From positions 63,798,001 to 63,862,000 of the forward strand of contig NC_086114.1 in assembly GCF_963921235.1 (NCBI RefSeq): a stretch of DNA of 64,000 nucleotides, read 5' to 3'. Source of the stretch: Mobula hypostoma. Its lineage: Eukaryota. Made by a program: the position numbers and the translations under genes. The notes under the pieces are model-generated. The model searched no databases and was not told where the DNA came from. It saw nothing but the letters and a program-made list of their open reading frames with translations. Shown piece by piece: positions 1-12,859 of this stretch; position 1 is the stretch's first letter, and the number at the start of each line of letters is the position of its first letter.

Positions 1-463
1 TCCCAGATGATCAGCAGTTTATAAAATACACAAACCACCCAGTCTGACACCAACAATCATTGCATGGCCAAATTGTCACTCAGAGCAAATTTCTTCCCCA
101 TTCTGACATTTGGTTTGAACAACAACTGAACCCCTTGATCATGTCTACATGCTTTTATGCATTGAGTTGCTGCCACACAATTGGCTAATTAGATATTTGC
201 ATTAATAGTGTACAGGTGTACCTAATTAAGTGGCAACTGAGTGTATGTATTTCTATATAATTTATTTAATTGATGTCTTGTACTCTAAAAGGTGGCTGTA
301 CACCTTTCACAAGTACTGAGGTTCAGTCTCTAACATGTGGTCTACTCGATCCTTCTTTGCCCACCATTGTTCCCTGTCGATTCTGTGAGGAAAAGGAAGA
401 GTATGTAGCGAGCTCACAGCTAGCAATGGAACACAACACACAGTACAGGAGAAAGCCACCCAC

Positions 464-541
464 CACATTTGATTCGGAATACATCATCCACAAGTCCCTC
501 ATAAACAACCTGCGAACACATGGGGCTAACGTAATCCACAT
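464..541 (-). CDS. VPS33B: VPS33B exon 10 (gene continues beyond window start)
   Basis: (D)[25 protein letters not shown]; 78 nt. Confidence 0.96.
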
Positions 542-1477
542 CTGCAGAGAAAGCACATACGTCTGAAAGTGAAACCTGACAAGGTAATAATGGGAAATGG
601 AATTTCCAGACAATCTTAATTATTTATTTATTGAGATACAGTGTGCAATAGGCCCATCCGGCTCTTTCAGCCTCACTGCTCAGCAATGCCCTGATTTAAT
701 CCAAGCTAGTCACACTACAATTTACGATCCCCAATTAACTATGGGAAGAAACTGGAGCACCCGGAGGAAACCAAGCCGTTGAGAGGAGGAGGTAGAAACT
801 CCTACGGACTTGGCAGGAATTGAACCTGGGTCTTTGGTGTTGCAATAGCATTAAGCTACCATGCTGCCACTGCTAATTCCATTCTACTCACAGTGCAGTG
901 GGTTTACTGCCTAACATGGTAAGGAGTATAAACAATCTGCTGGAGGAACCCAGTGGTTGAGCAGCATCTGTGGGGGAGGAAATGTCTATGTTTAGGGTCA
1001 AGCTCTGCATCATATCTCATCATGAAAAAGTCAACAATTCCTTTGCCACACGCAGGTGGTGTTGCTCACCCTGCCGAGCTCCTCCAGCAGTTTGGTACTC
1101 TAGATTCCAGCATCTGCACTCACTTGTGTCTCCACGGTGAGGAGTGACCCAAGAAGACCACAGACACACAGCGGATTTTAGTCAGGAAGACAGTATGTAT
1201 ATCACAACTGTCATTAGCATCCATGGGGGAAAATGGATGCAGAAAACATCATCAGCTGGCACTAGTGTGTCTGAGGCCAGATAGCCTATCCCGCTTCCAT
1301 TTCTGATGCCCTTGGCTGTGATGGGTAGAAATCAGTCAGGTTTTCTTTGGGTGATGCGTTGTTTATCACTGATTCTGGCAAAAGACCACAATATTCAGTC
1401 TGCAGTGTTAGGATGTATATGGAGATGAATGATTAGACCAACTGGAGCTCAAAGGTACCTTTAACTTGGGTAAACAC

Positions 1478-1630
1478 CAGGAAATCTGCAGATGATGGAA
1501 TTTCAAGCAACACACATAAAAGTTGCTGGTGAACACAGCAGGGTCTCGGCCCGAAACGTCGACTGTACCTCTTCCTAGAGATGCTGCCTGGCCTGCTGCG
1601 TTCACCAGCAACTTTTATGTGTGTTGCTTT
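1478..1630. repeat. Palindromic Penelope-derived short element
   Basis: AAGCAACACACATAAAAGTTGCTGGTGAAC and its reverse complement flank GGGTCTCGGCCCGAAACGTC. Confidence 0.8.
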
Positions 1631-2325
1631 AACCTGGGTATATTTGATAGAGGCACACTTAACAGTCCCTCTGAGTCCCAGAGGCTGAGCAGATGACATC
1701 TTCAAAAGGCAATGCCCCAAAAAGGTGACACCCATCATTCAGGACCCCCACCACCCAAGTCATGCCCTCTTCTCAATACCACAGTCAGGGAGGAGGCACA
1801 GGAGCTTGAAGACACACACCCAATGCCTCTTCCCCTCCACCATCAGGTTTCCGAATGGTCCAGGAACCCATGAATGTTACCTCACTATCTTGCACTACTA
1901 ATTATTTTTATACTTCTTATTGTAACAGGTACTTTATTTTATGTATTGCTGCCACAAAAATAACAAATTTTATGACATGGCAGTGATAATAAACCTGATA
2001 CTGATTCAGACACGGCCCACAGCAGAAGCGTCCCGCTTCCTGGCTCGTCTCTAGTGCCTCAACCTACCTATACGGTAGAAAAGACACAACACCCAACAGG
2101 TGGATGGGCAAGTCTATGCTGATACTATGGGAGTGGGAGGGATGCTCTTTATAGGCCAAGCGCAGATCTACCTTAATCATTGGTGAACATGAGCATTACA
2201 TACTAAAGATTCACCAGATATTTGTAATTCATTAGTGGCTTTATAAGCTGCAGCAGAGTGCAAGGGTTTTGGTCTGCGGTGATTCTAACGGAAGTCATCA
2301 CTTTTTGTACTTAATGCTGTTGCAC

Positions 2326-2422
2326 CTCGGTCAATGAAGAAAACTCGACCAATGCTGGCCGGCTCTGGTTTCCGTTCATCCTCTACCTCCTCCACAATTT
2401 CTTTCCACAACTGGTAGGTCAT
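2326..2422 (-). CDS. VPS33B: VPS33B exon 9
   Basis: MTYQLWKEIVEEVEDERKPEPASIGRVFFIDR; 97 nt. Confidence 0.94.
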
Positions 2423-3802
2423 CTAAACCAAAAAGAACAGGTGGGTGTGAAAACAGGGCCGAACCACGAAGGGCGTAATGAGAAACAGCACTTGTAAGGA
2501 GAGAAAGAGCAAATCAGAGAACTCAGTGGGAAGTGAGAGAAAGAAAAGAAGAGGGAGAAAAGAGTAAGAGGTGACAGTGAATGAGGAACCAAGACAGTGA
2601 AATCACGAGAGCGTGACAGCACAAGTGCAAACATTGGAAAGAGAACAAGAATTCTAAATGCAATGTATACAAGGGAGAGAAACACCCTCTACACTGGCCC
2701 AAAATACTGCCACAACAGGTTAAAAATTGTTTGAAATTCCCTTCATCATGGAACATTGAACACTACAGCACAGTACAGGCCCTTCAGCCCACAATGTGGT
2801 GCTGACCTTATAACTTACTCTAAGATCAATCTATCAAAGTCCTCCATTCTTCTATCATCCATGTGCTTATCGAGGAGTCTCTTAAATGTCCTCTACCACC
2901 ATCCCTGCATGGTGCTCCACACACCTACCTCACTTTATGCAAAAAAAAATTCTAATATTCCCCCATACTTCCTTCCAATCATTTTAAAATTTTGCCCCCT
3001 TGTATTAGCCATTTCCACACTGTGAAAAAATCTCTGGCTGTCCACTATATCTATACCTCTTATCTTGTTGTTAAGTCACCTCTCATCCTTCTTCGCTCCA
3101 AAGAAAAAAGCCCTGGTTTGCTCAACCTGTCTTCATAAGACATGATCTCTAATCCCAGCAGCATCCTGGTAAGTCTCCTCCGCACCCTCTCTAAAGCTTC
3201 CAAAGAGGGCGAGAGCAAGACAACACAGGTTAGATACAAAATAAAGCTCCCTCTACACACTCTGTCTGAAATTCATATTGCAAATGTCCATTTTCTAGAT
3301 AACCTCGAAGCCCGGAATTGACTTAAAACATGATGTATGTGTGAATCAGTGCACATCAGGATCTGAACAGAGATCCTGAAACCTCAATGCACGTAGAATC
3401 CTTGTCATCATCAAAGTCCTCATGTAGGACAGATTAGGATTACACTGGCAAAAGAACTGCATTTAATGTTGTCAACTGATAATCAGAAGGCAGAGACTTC
3501 ATGGCCCACTTGGCTTGAACACATGATATAAATTGACACCTAAATCCTGGTTAATTCTGATGTTATGGGATTAGATGCTGCTCAGGGTTGGACAGTAACA
3601 TTTTATCTCTGAGACCTGAATCCTAACAGACCAATGTCTGTAGCAAACAACACTAAGTAAATGCCAATCAGCTTCACTAGCACAAGTTACAATGTTTACT
3701 AGATGAACGGACATATGATATTCTATCTGCCTGTCTTATGATATCCCTTGAATAAGATTTCTAGGGTTGATCCACTTTCATTCTAATTTCATGCTCTATT
3801 AC

Positions 3803-3907
3803 CTTTGCACAGCGACCAATCCCGTAGGTCTTGGAGAATGGTCCAAACAGAGAGTGCAATGTGTGCAAAGCCTTTGCCACTGTATACATCCAGCGATGGT
3901 CACCTTC
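3803..3907 (-). CDS. VPS33B: VPS33B exon 8
   Basis: [35 protein letters not shown]; 105 nt. Confidence 0.96.
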
Positions 3908-4007
3908 CTGAGGGCAAACACAGTGGCATTTAAGTTGTCAGATTCTGCATCAGCCTGAGCCCCAACCTCAATAACATTCTAAAGCACGATCCTAGAATGT
4001 GACATAT

Positions 4008-4250
4008 GGGGCAGCATGGTGGTATAGCGGTTAGCATAACACTACCGAAACAGTGATGGTGAATGGGGTTCAACTCCTACCAAAGTTTGTAAACAGCTTG
4101 TACGCTCCCCCCATGACTACATGGGTTTCCCCCAGATGTTCCAGTATCCTCCCCCATTCCAAAGACATAACTGTTAGGGCTGGTAAGTTGTGGGTATGCT
4201 TTGTTGGCACTGGAAGCATGGTGACACTTGCAGCCTACCCAAGCACATGC
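4008..4250 (+). mobile_element. tRNA-derived V-SINE-like element. Representative copy; related copies at about 620-870, 22530-22795, 24170-24455, 28135-28640, 37405-37645, 41515-41810, 50290-50830, 51900-52320 and 57000-57220
   Basis: A/B-box-like 5' end (TGGTATAGCGGTTAG...GGTTCAACTCC) and central TGGGTTTCC...CCTCCCCCATTCCAAAGAC domain. Confidence 0.65.
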
Positions 4251-4485
4251 TACAGCAGCAGAAGATCACAAACATACAACTGGGCAAACCAAACAAAATA
4301 GGTTTAGCATTCCTCCATAAGGTGCTGCTGGAAGCCTACCTCCACCTGCCTTACCCAACTCAGGCTGTTTGAAAGCACGCAAACGAAGCACCTCGGGACA
4401 GTTCACTGCATGGAGAGCTCCAGGCAAGGAGAATGGGCAGACAGGAGTTTGGACGAATAACAAGAACGTAAAGCACACCGCTCAC

Positions 4486-4580
4486 CAAAAAATAGTCACG
4501 GAAATACTCAGGCAACTCCATGCTTATGATGTCATCATCCAGGGGGAGTAGGTGAAAGGACCACTCATCACATGTCACAT
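4486..4580 (-). CDS. VPS33B: VPS33B exon 7
   Basis: (D)[31 protein letters not shown], a Sec1/Munc18-family segment; 95 nt. Confidence 0.96.
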
Positions 4581-4726
4581 CTGCAAAACAAGTTATAAAA
4601 TGATTACAAAATGCTTAAAAACACCAAATCTAGATTAGAACACAGAATAGTCCAGTACAGGAACAGGCTCTTCACAATGCTGTGTCGACCTAATTAACCT
4701 AGTAAGTGAATGGATGCCTAAACTAA

Positions 4727-6030
4727 TACAATGGATTCCAGTTAATTGGTATAAAAAAAAGACAAGCTACCTCTTAACTGAGTAACAATTTATGTATTTA
4801 AATTAAACACAAAACAAATTAGAACATTACCAATATCTCTCCATACTATAAAACTCGGTATTAGTCGGAATGCTTGAAACTGCAGTGAGGAAAATAGTTC
4901 TGAAATGTTTTACTGCTTATTTCTCACCAACAATCAGTGACAAAAATCATTGCTTTTTGAACACAAACACAATCAAGTGACGCTATCATTGTACACCATC
5001 CATTCTATCCAACAGCCTCTTAAACATCTCTACTGTATTTGCCGCCACGACCACCCATGGCAGTGCATTCCAGGTACCCACCACTCTTTGTGTGAATAAA
5101 ATTTACCCCATACAAAGGAGGGAGGAGAAGATGGCGGTGCGACACAGCGCGCGCGGCCTCTCCGGTGAAATGATATATTTGTTAAATGGGGCTGTGCACG
5201 ATCCTGATTTGATGGAGACGGACATGAGAAGCACGGAGGAACATCTGGAGAAACTTCTGAAAATGCCCGCTTCACTGCCGCTGCTACTGTGCGATCGAGA
5301 ATCTCCGGAGGGAAGGCCCCAAATCCTTAGCTTTGCCTGTTGCTGGCGGCCGGGGCTAGGGTCGAAGCGCTCGGCAGAGATGGTGCTCGGTGCTCAGTGT
5401 CGGAGGGCTGGTTGGACACTCGAAGTTTTCGGACCGACTAAGAATCGGTCTGTGGTCGGGTGCTTCCAGGGTGCTGCATCGGCAAGTTTGCTGCGCTGGA
5501 GGTTCATGGCAGGGAGAGTTTTTCTTCCTTCTACCGTCTGCGTGAGATGTTGGGACTTCCGAGAGACTTTGAGACTTTTTTTGACCATGCCCAAGGTCTG
5601 TTCTATCAAATTACAGTATTGCTTTGCACTGTTGTAACTATATGTTATAATTATGTGGTTTTTGTCAGTTTTTCAGTCTTGGTCTGTCTTGTGTTTCTGT
5701 GATATCACACTGGAGGAACATTGTATCATTTCTTAATGCAAGCATTACTAAATTACAATAAAAGAAAACTGCGTGTCCTCATAATCTAATCTATTTAAAA
5801 ACTGATCACTCAAAGCACAGTGTAGCGTCGAACAGCCACACAAACGCATGTGACTGATGCGAGTTAGAAACTATTCGCCAACAGTCTCCTGCCTCAATTA
5901 AACAGCATAGTGTCCAAAAGAAACCAAAGGGAATCCAGGCTATTTTCTCTATTTGGTTTTTGTTCTTTAAGAGTTGATCCATTAAATGGCTGCCCCAATT
6001 AACCGACGGCCCAGTAAGTGGAATCACTAT
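4727..6030. mobile_element. TcMar/Tigger-like MITE split by a nested insertion
   Basis: Inverted ends TACAATGGATTCCAGTTAATTGG ... CCAATTAACC...GGAATCACTATA. Confidence 0.55.
5115..5793 (+). mobile_element. CpG-rich non-autonomous retroelement (YY1-type 5' end, TCTAA tail)
   Basis: Starts GGAGAAGATGGCGG and ends AATAAA...(TCTAA)n, like a Rex-Babar tail. Confidence 0.55.
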
Positions 6031-6394
6031 ACACCTGCCTTCACCATCCATTCTACCCAACAGCCTCTTAGACATCTCTACTGTATTTGCCTCCACGACC
6101 ACCGATGGCAGTGCGTTCCAGGTATCCACCACTCTTTGTGTGAATAAAATCTACCCCATACAGCCCACACCTCTCCTTTTGATTGTTTCCTAGTTGCCCA
6201 GTACTGAGCTAGATCTTTTCTTGAATTTCACGCTTGAATGATCAAATCTGCATAGTTTTGCAAACAAATCAAAACCAAATGTAGTCGTCCAGTAAAATCA
6301 AATGACAGGGCAGGGGCAGCAAATACAATTCAGACCACAACATTCAAATTGCAGACTTAGTCCTTAAATCAGAATTTGCCATAGCCAAAGAGTT

Positions 6395-6928
6395 ACATTC
6401 AGTGGCCACTTTATTAGGTACTCCTGTGCAACTACTCGTTAATGTAAGTATTTAATCAGCCAATCATGTGGTTGCAATTCAATGCATAAAAGTACGCAGA
6501 CATGGTGAAGAGGTTTAGTTGTTGTTCAGACCAAACATCAGAATGGAGAAGAAGTGTGATATAAGTGACTTTGACATAGCTGGTGCCTGGTGGGGTGCTT
6601 TGAGTATCTCAGAAACTGCTGATCCTCTGTCTCTTTCACACACAACACCGTCTAGTTTACAGGGAATGGTGCGATAAACAAAAAATAAAATCCAGAGAGT
6701 GGCAGTTCTGTGGGAAAAAATGCCTCGTTAATGAGAGAGTTCAAAGGAGAATGGCCAAACTGGCTAAAGCTGATAGGAAGGTAACAGTAACTCAAATAAC
6801 CATGTGTTACAACAGTGTTGAACAAAAGAGCATCTCTGAACACATAACACATCGAACTTTGAAGTGGATGGGCTACAGCAGCACAAGACACAAAGATACA
6901 CTCAGTGGCCACTTTATTAGGTACAGGA
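6395..6928 (+). mobile_element. Tc1-like non-autonomous element (a related fragment lies at 1-245)
   Basis: CAGTGGCCACTTTATTAGGTAC termini; internal Tc1 remnant LAKADRKVTVTQITMCYN. Confidence 0.65.
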
Positions 6929-7453
6929 GGCAGCTCCATCTTCCCACTGCAGAGGATGCAGCAAAGGAATTTAAAGTAGAAATGCTGACATCTGTTGGTA
7001 TTGGTTTATTATTGCAGTTCTACCAAGACACAGTGAAAAGCTTGTTGTGTATACTGTCTATATAGATCAAATCAAGGCCCAATGTATTGAGCTAAAATAA
7101 GTTAAAATGATAACAATAAGGAATAAAGTGTAAAAGCTATCAAAAAAGTGCAATGCAGTAAACAATAAAGTGCAAGATCATAGTGATCATAAAGTACGTA
7201 CGTTATAGTTTATAGTCAGCTCTAGTTCAATTGAATCACTTCACCTGGGTTATCTGTCATTAATAATTGAAACCCGAGGACAGCCAAACTTGGTCTTGCT
7301 TTAACATATCCTCAGGAAGATAGCCCTTCCTCAGTACAGCATGAAATTTAGTGTTTAGCTTAAACAGAACTGGAACCCAAACATTCCTTTCCCAGTACTG
7401 CCACCTGGCCAAGAAAACAGACAGTGCAATTTTAGAGAAGCAACTAGTCTTAC

Positions 7454-7499
7454 CTCCAAAGATGCCCTCCTCCTCCAGTACCGTCTCACACATATAGAA
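7454..7499 (-). CDS. VPS33B: VPS33B exon 6
   Basis: FYMCETVLEEEGIFG; 46 nt; gtaaga donor. Confidence 0.95.
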
Positions 7500-10069
7500 C
7501 TGGAAAATATTGACATTAGTTACTATATATTTCCATCACCGTATTATCGAATCAAATTTATCATCACTGACATTTGTCATGAAATTTGTTGCTTTTAAAG
7601 TTCAAAGTACAGTTATTATCAACGTATGTATGCAGTACACAAACTTTAAATTCATCTTCCCAGCCACAAAACAAAGAAAACTAGAGAACCCATTCAAAGA
7701 AAATATCAAACACCCAGTGCGCAAAAAAAATGTCGCTCAAACAGCAAAGTATGAGTGAAAATACAGAATATAAGAGACATTGAAACAGTCTAGAAATGTT
7801 CAGTTTAGTACTGTTGTTCATCAGTCATTTTGCAGTAGCAGTACAGTGCAAGACACAAAACATACTACAAATTACAATATTCACAAGTAGTGGGAAAAGA
7901 GAACAAGATAGTGAGGTAGTGTTCATGGACTGTTTAGAAACCTGGTGGTGGAGGGAAAGAAGCTGTTTCTAAAATGTTGAGTGTGTATCCAGGCCCTTGT
8001 ACTTATTCCCAGAGAGCAGGTATCCCAGAAATGTCCCGGATGATGAGGGTCCTCAATGACAGATCCTACCTTGGGGCATCACCTCTTGCAGATGCCCTAG
8101 ACACTGAAGAGGCTGATGTCATTGCAATGTGCATGAGTTTCACAAACTGGACACTACCACTGCATCCAATTACTGTCATAGTCCTTATCAAGATGCAGCT
8201 ATTGATGGACATTTCCTAGCTGCCCCTTGAATAAGGGCACTCCTCCGTTTTCGTGGATGTTTGCGAAGAAAAAGAATTTCAGGTGTATATTGTATACATT
8301 CCTCTGACATTAAATGCACCTATTGAATACCAACACACTGTCGTTTTGAACACCATTGTCTAGTGGAGTGGTCTCCCAAAATAATGACTGTGCTTAACAA
8401 GCTCCATCCCTTGACCTTGGCTGATGAAGATTATGGACCTGGTGACTGCTGTTTCCGAAACCCTAGCATGGTTGAAGAATATTTACTACATAGGTTTAGG
8501 CTGCCTGATCAAAGTGAAGATGACAATGGTCAATTGATCCTGATGACCAGATTCTGAGGTGAATGAGATTAGATTCAAGCATGTAATTTGTGTGACTATC
8601 CTCCACTCACTGCTTTTTCCTGGAGAAATTACTGCTTATACTGGCAGGTTAAACAGACTCTAAAAGGATGGCTATGGGCCCCACTCATATCATCACCATC
8701 ACCAGGGGTTACTTGATCCCCAAACAAACACAGAACACTCAGCAGGGATGACTGGGAATATAACCATACAGCCCAAGCCTTCCTACAGCAGCAAAGGTCC
8801 ACTGTCTGGAACTTGTGAGAGTGCCCTCGGTTTCACTCACTGGGACTTAAACAGATTAATGACACTAACAGGTCAGTGACTATAGACTAGGCTAACACCA
8901 CTCAGAAGAAAGCAGAGCAGAGTGGAATGATTTAGCCACCATTTCATTTGAGGTCAGTCCCTTTACAAACCTTAGGCGAGCATGAACTTGGCTCAGTTTC
9001 TCCTGAACTGCACTCCTGACAATGAGGTAGTGTCAATCGGGCCGCAAACACTAATTAAATCTCCCATAAGACACAGGAGCAGAATTAAGCCATTCAGCCC
9101 ATCGAGTCTGCTCCATTATTTGATCATGGCTGGTTTATTTTCCCTTTCAACCCCATTCTCCTGCTTTCTCCACGTAACATTTGACACCTTGACTAATCAA
9201 GAACATATAAACCTCAGTTTCAAATATACCCTATGACTTGGCCTCCATTTCTGTCTGTGGCAAAAAAGATTTTACTGATTCACCAACATCTGGCTAAAGA
9301 AATTCCTTTCATCTCTGTTCTAAAGGGACATCTGAGCCCCTCTGTTCATAGGACACCCCCCACCCCCACTGTAGGAAACAATCCACAGCAGCAGTGCCCC
9401 GGTCCTAGAGCGAAGTACAATTTAAACGTCGGCCCAGATCGGAAATGAGAGCTGATTTCGCTTGCTCTCCACGATCTACGCTCCTTTCTCCAGGACTCAG
9501 AGCTTTTTGTTGCTTCATCGTTGAGTCAATTTAAATGTTAGCTCAGGTAGACTGAAGAGACAGTATTGGAACAAGAGCTGATTTTGCTCATTCTCCGCGG
9601 TCCCCATGGCACCGAGGCTATAAAAACAGCCCCGGCTGCTGTGCTCTATCCCGCTAATATGATGAACTGATAAGCCAGGCTTTGGGCCCCCTCCGGGGTT
9701 CAGACCTGAGGACTCACTGTTGGTACAGAATGCTGTTGTTGGCTTCAATTGTTTGCACGACGTGCTTTTTATCTTCTTTCTCTTGCGCATCGAGTGTTAG
9801 TCTTACATTTATTTTTTAATTGGTTCCTTCAGGTTTCTTGTTCTGTGGCTACCCGTGAGCAAGCAAATCTCAAGATTGTATAATTTATACACTCTTTGAT
9901 AATAAATGTACTCGAATCTTGAACATCCTCTCACATCCACTTGATAACCATTTCAATGTTCAATAGGTTACAATGAGATCTCCCCTCATTCTTCAAAATG
10001 GGCGAGTAAAGACCAAGGCCATCAAATGCTCCTCATAGGTTAACCCGTTCATTCCTGGGATCATCAACT

Positions 10070-11760
10070 TTAAGTTTGTCACATGACTGTGTATATATGT
10101 ATACAACCAAACAAAACGACGTTCCTGCAGACCACTGTGTACCTATACAACTTATTTCACACACAGCACATAAACCAAAATGTGACACTATAAATAGAGG
10201 TTAATAAAAAAATAATTCAAAATGCATGTAATAAAGTGCAGCACAGTAAACAATTTGCTGTCCTCGGTGGTGGCAGGGTATTCATTAGTCTCACAGCCCA
10301 GGGAAGAAGCTGTTCCCCAATCAGGCAGTCCTAGCCCTGATGCTCTTGTACCTCCTTCCTGATGGTAGCGGGACAGGTGGTAGGGATCCTCAACAATGCC
10401 TTGCACCCTTTGTCTGCAATGCTCCTGGTAAATGTCACAATCAGGGGAAAGGGAGACCCTTGCTGATCGTCTTGGTGGTTTTTACTGCCCTCTGTAGGGT
10501 TTTGCGGGCTGGTACCTTGCAGCTTCTGTACAACATGATGCAGCCATTCAGAACAGTCTTGACGGTGCACATCTAGAAAAGTTGTTAGAATGGGGCAGGG
10601 AGCCTTGCCCTTCTCAATCTCCTCAGAAAATTTAGATGCTGCTGTGTCTTCTTGACTAGTGAGGAGGTGTGGGTCCAGGTTAACTCGTCCATTATGTGCA
10701 GACCAAGGAACTTAGTGCTCTTCACTTGCTCTACGGCAGAGCCATTGATGTGCGATGGAGAGTGGTCAATCTGCGTCCATAATTGTCTCTTTTGTCCAGC
10801 TCGCGTTGAGACTCATTGTTGTTGTTCTTCCATCATTTGACAAGACTCGCCAACTCACCATTGTTGCTGATGAGGCCAACCACTGTAGTACTTGACGATG
10901 CAGTTTGAAAAGGATCTGGCAGTGTGAACAGCAGCGGACTGAGAACACAACCCTGTGGGTAACAGTGCTCAGCATGATGGAGCTGCCAATTCAGACTGAC
11001 TGGGGTCTTTCCGACAAGAAGCCCAAGTTCCGGTTGGAGAGAGGGGTGTTGGAATCCCAATGAGGACAGTTTACCTACTAGTCACTGAGGATGTCGATGA
11101 ACAACATCCTGGCGCACAAGGCATCATTTTCTGGGTGGGACAGGACGGAGTGGAGGGCCGAGGCTATGGCATCGTCAGTGCACTGGTTTGAGTGGTAGGT
11201 GAACTGGAAAGGGTCCAGTGGAGCTGGAAAGGGTCCAGTGGAACTGGAAAGAGGGATTTCACACGATCCATCACCAACTGGTCAAAGCAGTTCATGATTG
11301 TCGAAGTTAGTGCCACTGGATGGTAATCGTTTAGCCCAGTTACTGTTGCTCTCTTGGGTACCAGAATGACAGTGGCGACCTTGAAGTCTGCAGGGTTATT
11401 GAACTGTTTCAGAGAAATATTGAAGATGTCCGTTAAGACCCCTGTTAGCAGGGCCACACGGTCCCTCAGCACCTGACCAGGTATGTTGTCTGGCCCTGCA
11501 GTTTTGCGTGGGCTCCCCCTGGCTAGGGTCCTCCTCACCTCAGTTGCGGCCAGACAGGGTGCCTGTTCCTCAAGAGGAGAGAGGGCTTCCCTCGATGTTA
11601 CGTCATTCAATAGGTCAAATCGTGGACAAAAAGCATTCAGCCTATCAGGAAGGGAGGCCTCGCCGTCGTTGATGCACAGGGTGGACTTGTAATCTCTTAT
11701 GATTTGTATGCCTTGTCCCTGGTGTCACAAAGGTGTCTGTGGATTTTCTGTGTGTACTCA
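10070..11760 (-). mobile_element. Degenerate Rex1/Babar-type LINE
   Basis: GPDNIPGQVL...DYHPVALTSTIMNCF and PQGCVLSPLLFTL, both Rex-Babar RT signatures. Confidence 0.8.
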
Positions 11761-12859
11761 CACAATTCCAGCACATCACTGTTTACAGAAGGGGCTCATA
11801 CCTGCTCACAATACTCCAAGTGTGGTCTGACCAATGCCCTATAAAGCTTCAGCTTTATATTGGCAACTTGACACATGAGCTTAGAGACCAAACCCCTGGT
11901 ACTTAACTTGACCACAGGAGCATCATGAGCAAACTCTAACCCTGCTGGCGTGTAGTTTTCATACTTTACAGTTCATTTCACCAGCAGAATTCCCAGCTCC
12001 TGAGTCAGTAGATTGTGGGTTCGTGTTTTGCTTCACAGAGTTAAGCAGAAGGTTCCAGGCCAAAGCTTCAGTGCAATGGTGAAGGATGCTACCTTTCAAG
12101 TAAGTATTCAGCCAGACTGAGATATATTTTGGATGTAAGAAAAGGCATGACCATAGTCCAGGAATGTTCAATATGACTTCCTCAATCAAGATCACAAACT
12201 GAAGTCATTCTGATCATCATCACAGGGTTGTTAAGAAAGTCTGGAGCGAGGCACAGCTCAAACAGCATCCATAAATTTGCCTATGATACAACCACTGTTG
12301 GTATGTACACTACCTCATTACTTTTCCTTTCTTTTTGCACTATTTATTTAATTAAAATATATATTTCTTATTGCAATTTAAGGTATTTTGTATTATATAT
12401 TGCAATGTAGTACTGCTGCAAATTAACAAATTTCATGACATATGCCAGTGATATTAAACCTCATTCTGACTCAATAAAGGTCACAGTTGTGTTTATCTTG
12501 CTACACACCTCACAGAACCATTTCAACATGAGTCTGACATTAAAAACACAGTATTTTAAGCTTTTTTTTAAACCAAGCAGCTGGCTGCAACTTCAGGAGC
12601 AGACAAACCTTTTGGCTTTACATTCATTTTTTTCAGGTTTCAGTTAATGTTCCCATTAAGTTTTCAGTGACGTTATCAGAACTTCTTGTTGTTAAAATTG
12701 GCCACATCACAACAATGGCTGTTTCATTAGTTATAAGTTGTTTTTTGCGGGGGGGGGGGGCGGTCCTGAGGATCTGTAAGGTACCACCAAAATGTTTTCA
12801 AAATGCCTGTTCTGGGAAATCAGCACCTGCTGGTAGTAGTTTAACTTCATCCCCAGTCA

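Noticed and set aside
4008-4080. tRNA gene
   Set aside because: Only degenerate A/B boxes continuing into a SINE body; no cloverleaf.
5092-5637. 181-aa ORF as a novel protein
   Set aside because: No recognisable domain; it lies within a GC-rich interspersed repeat antisense in an intron, so it is probably a chance ORF.
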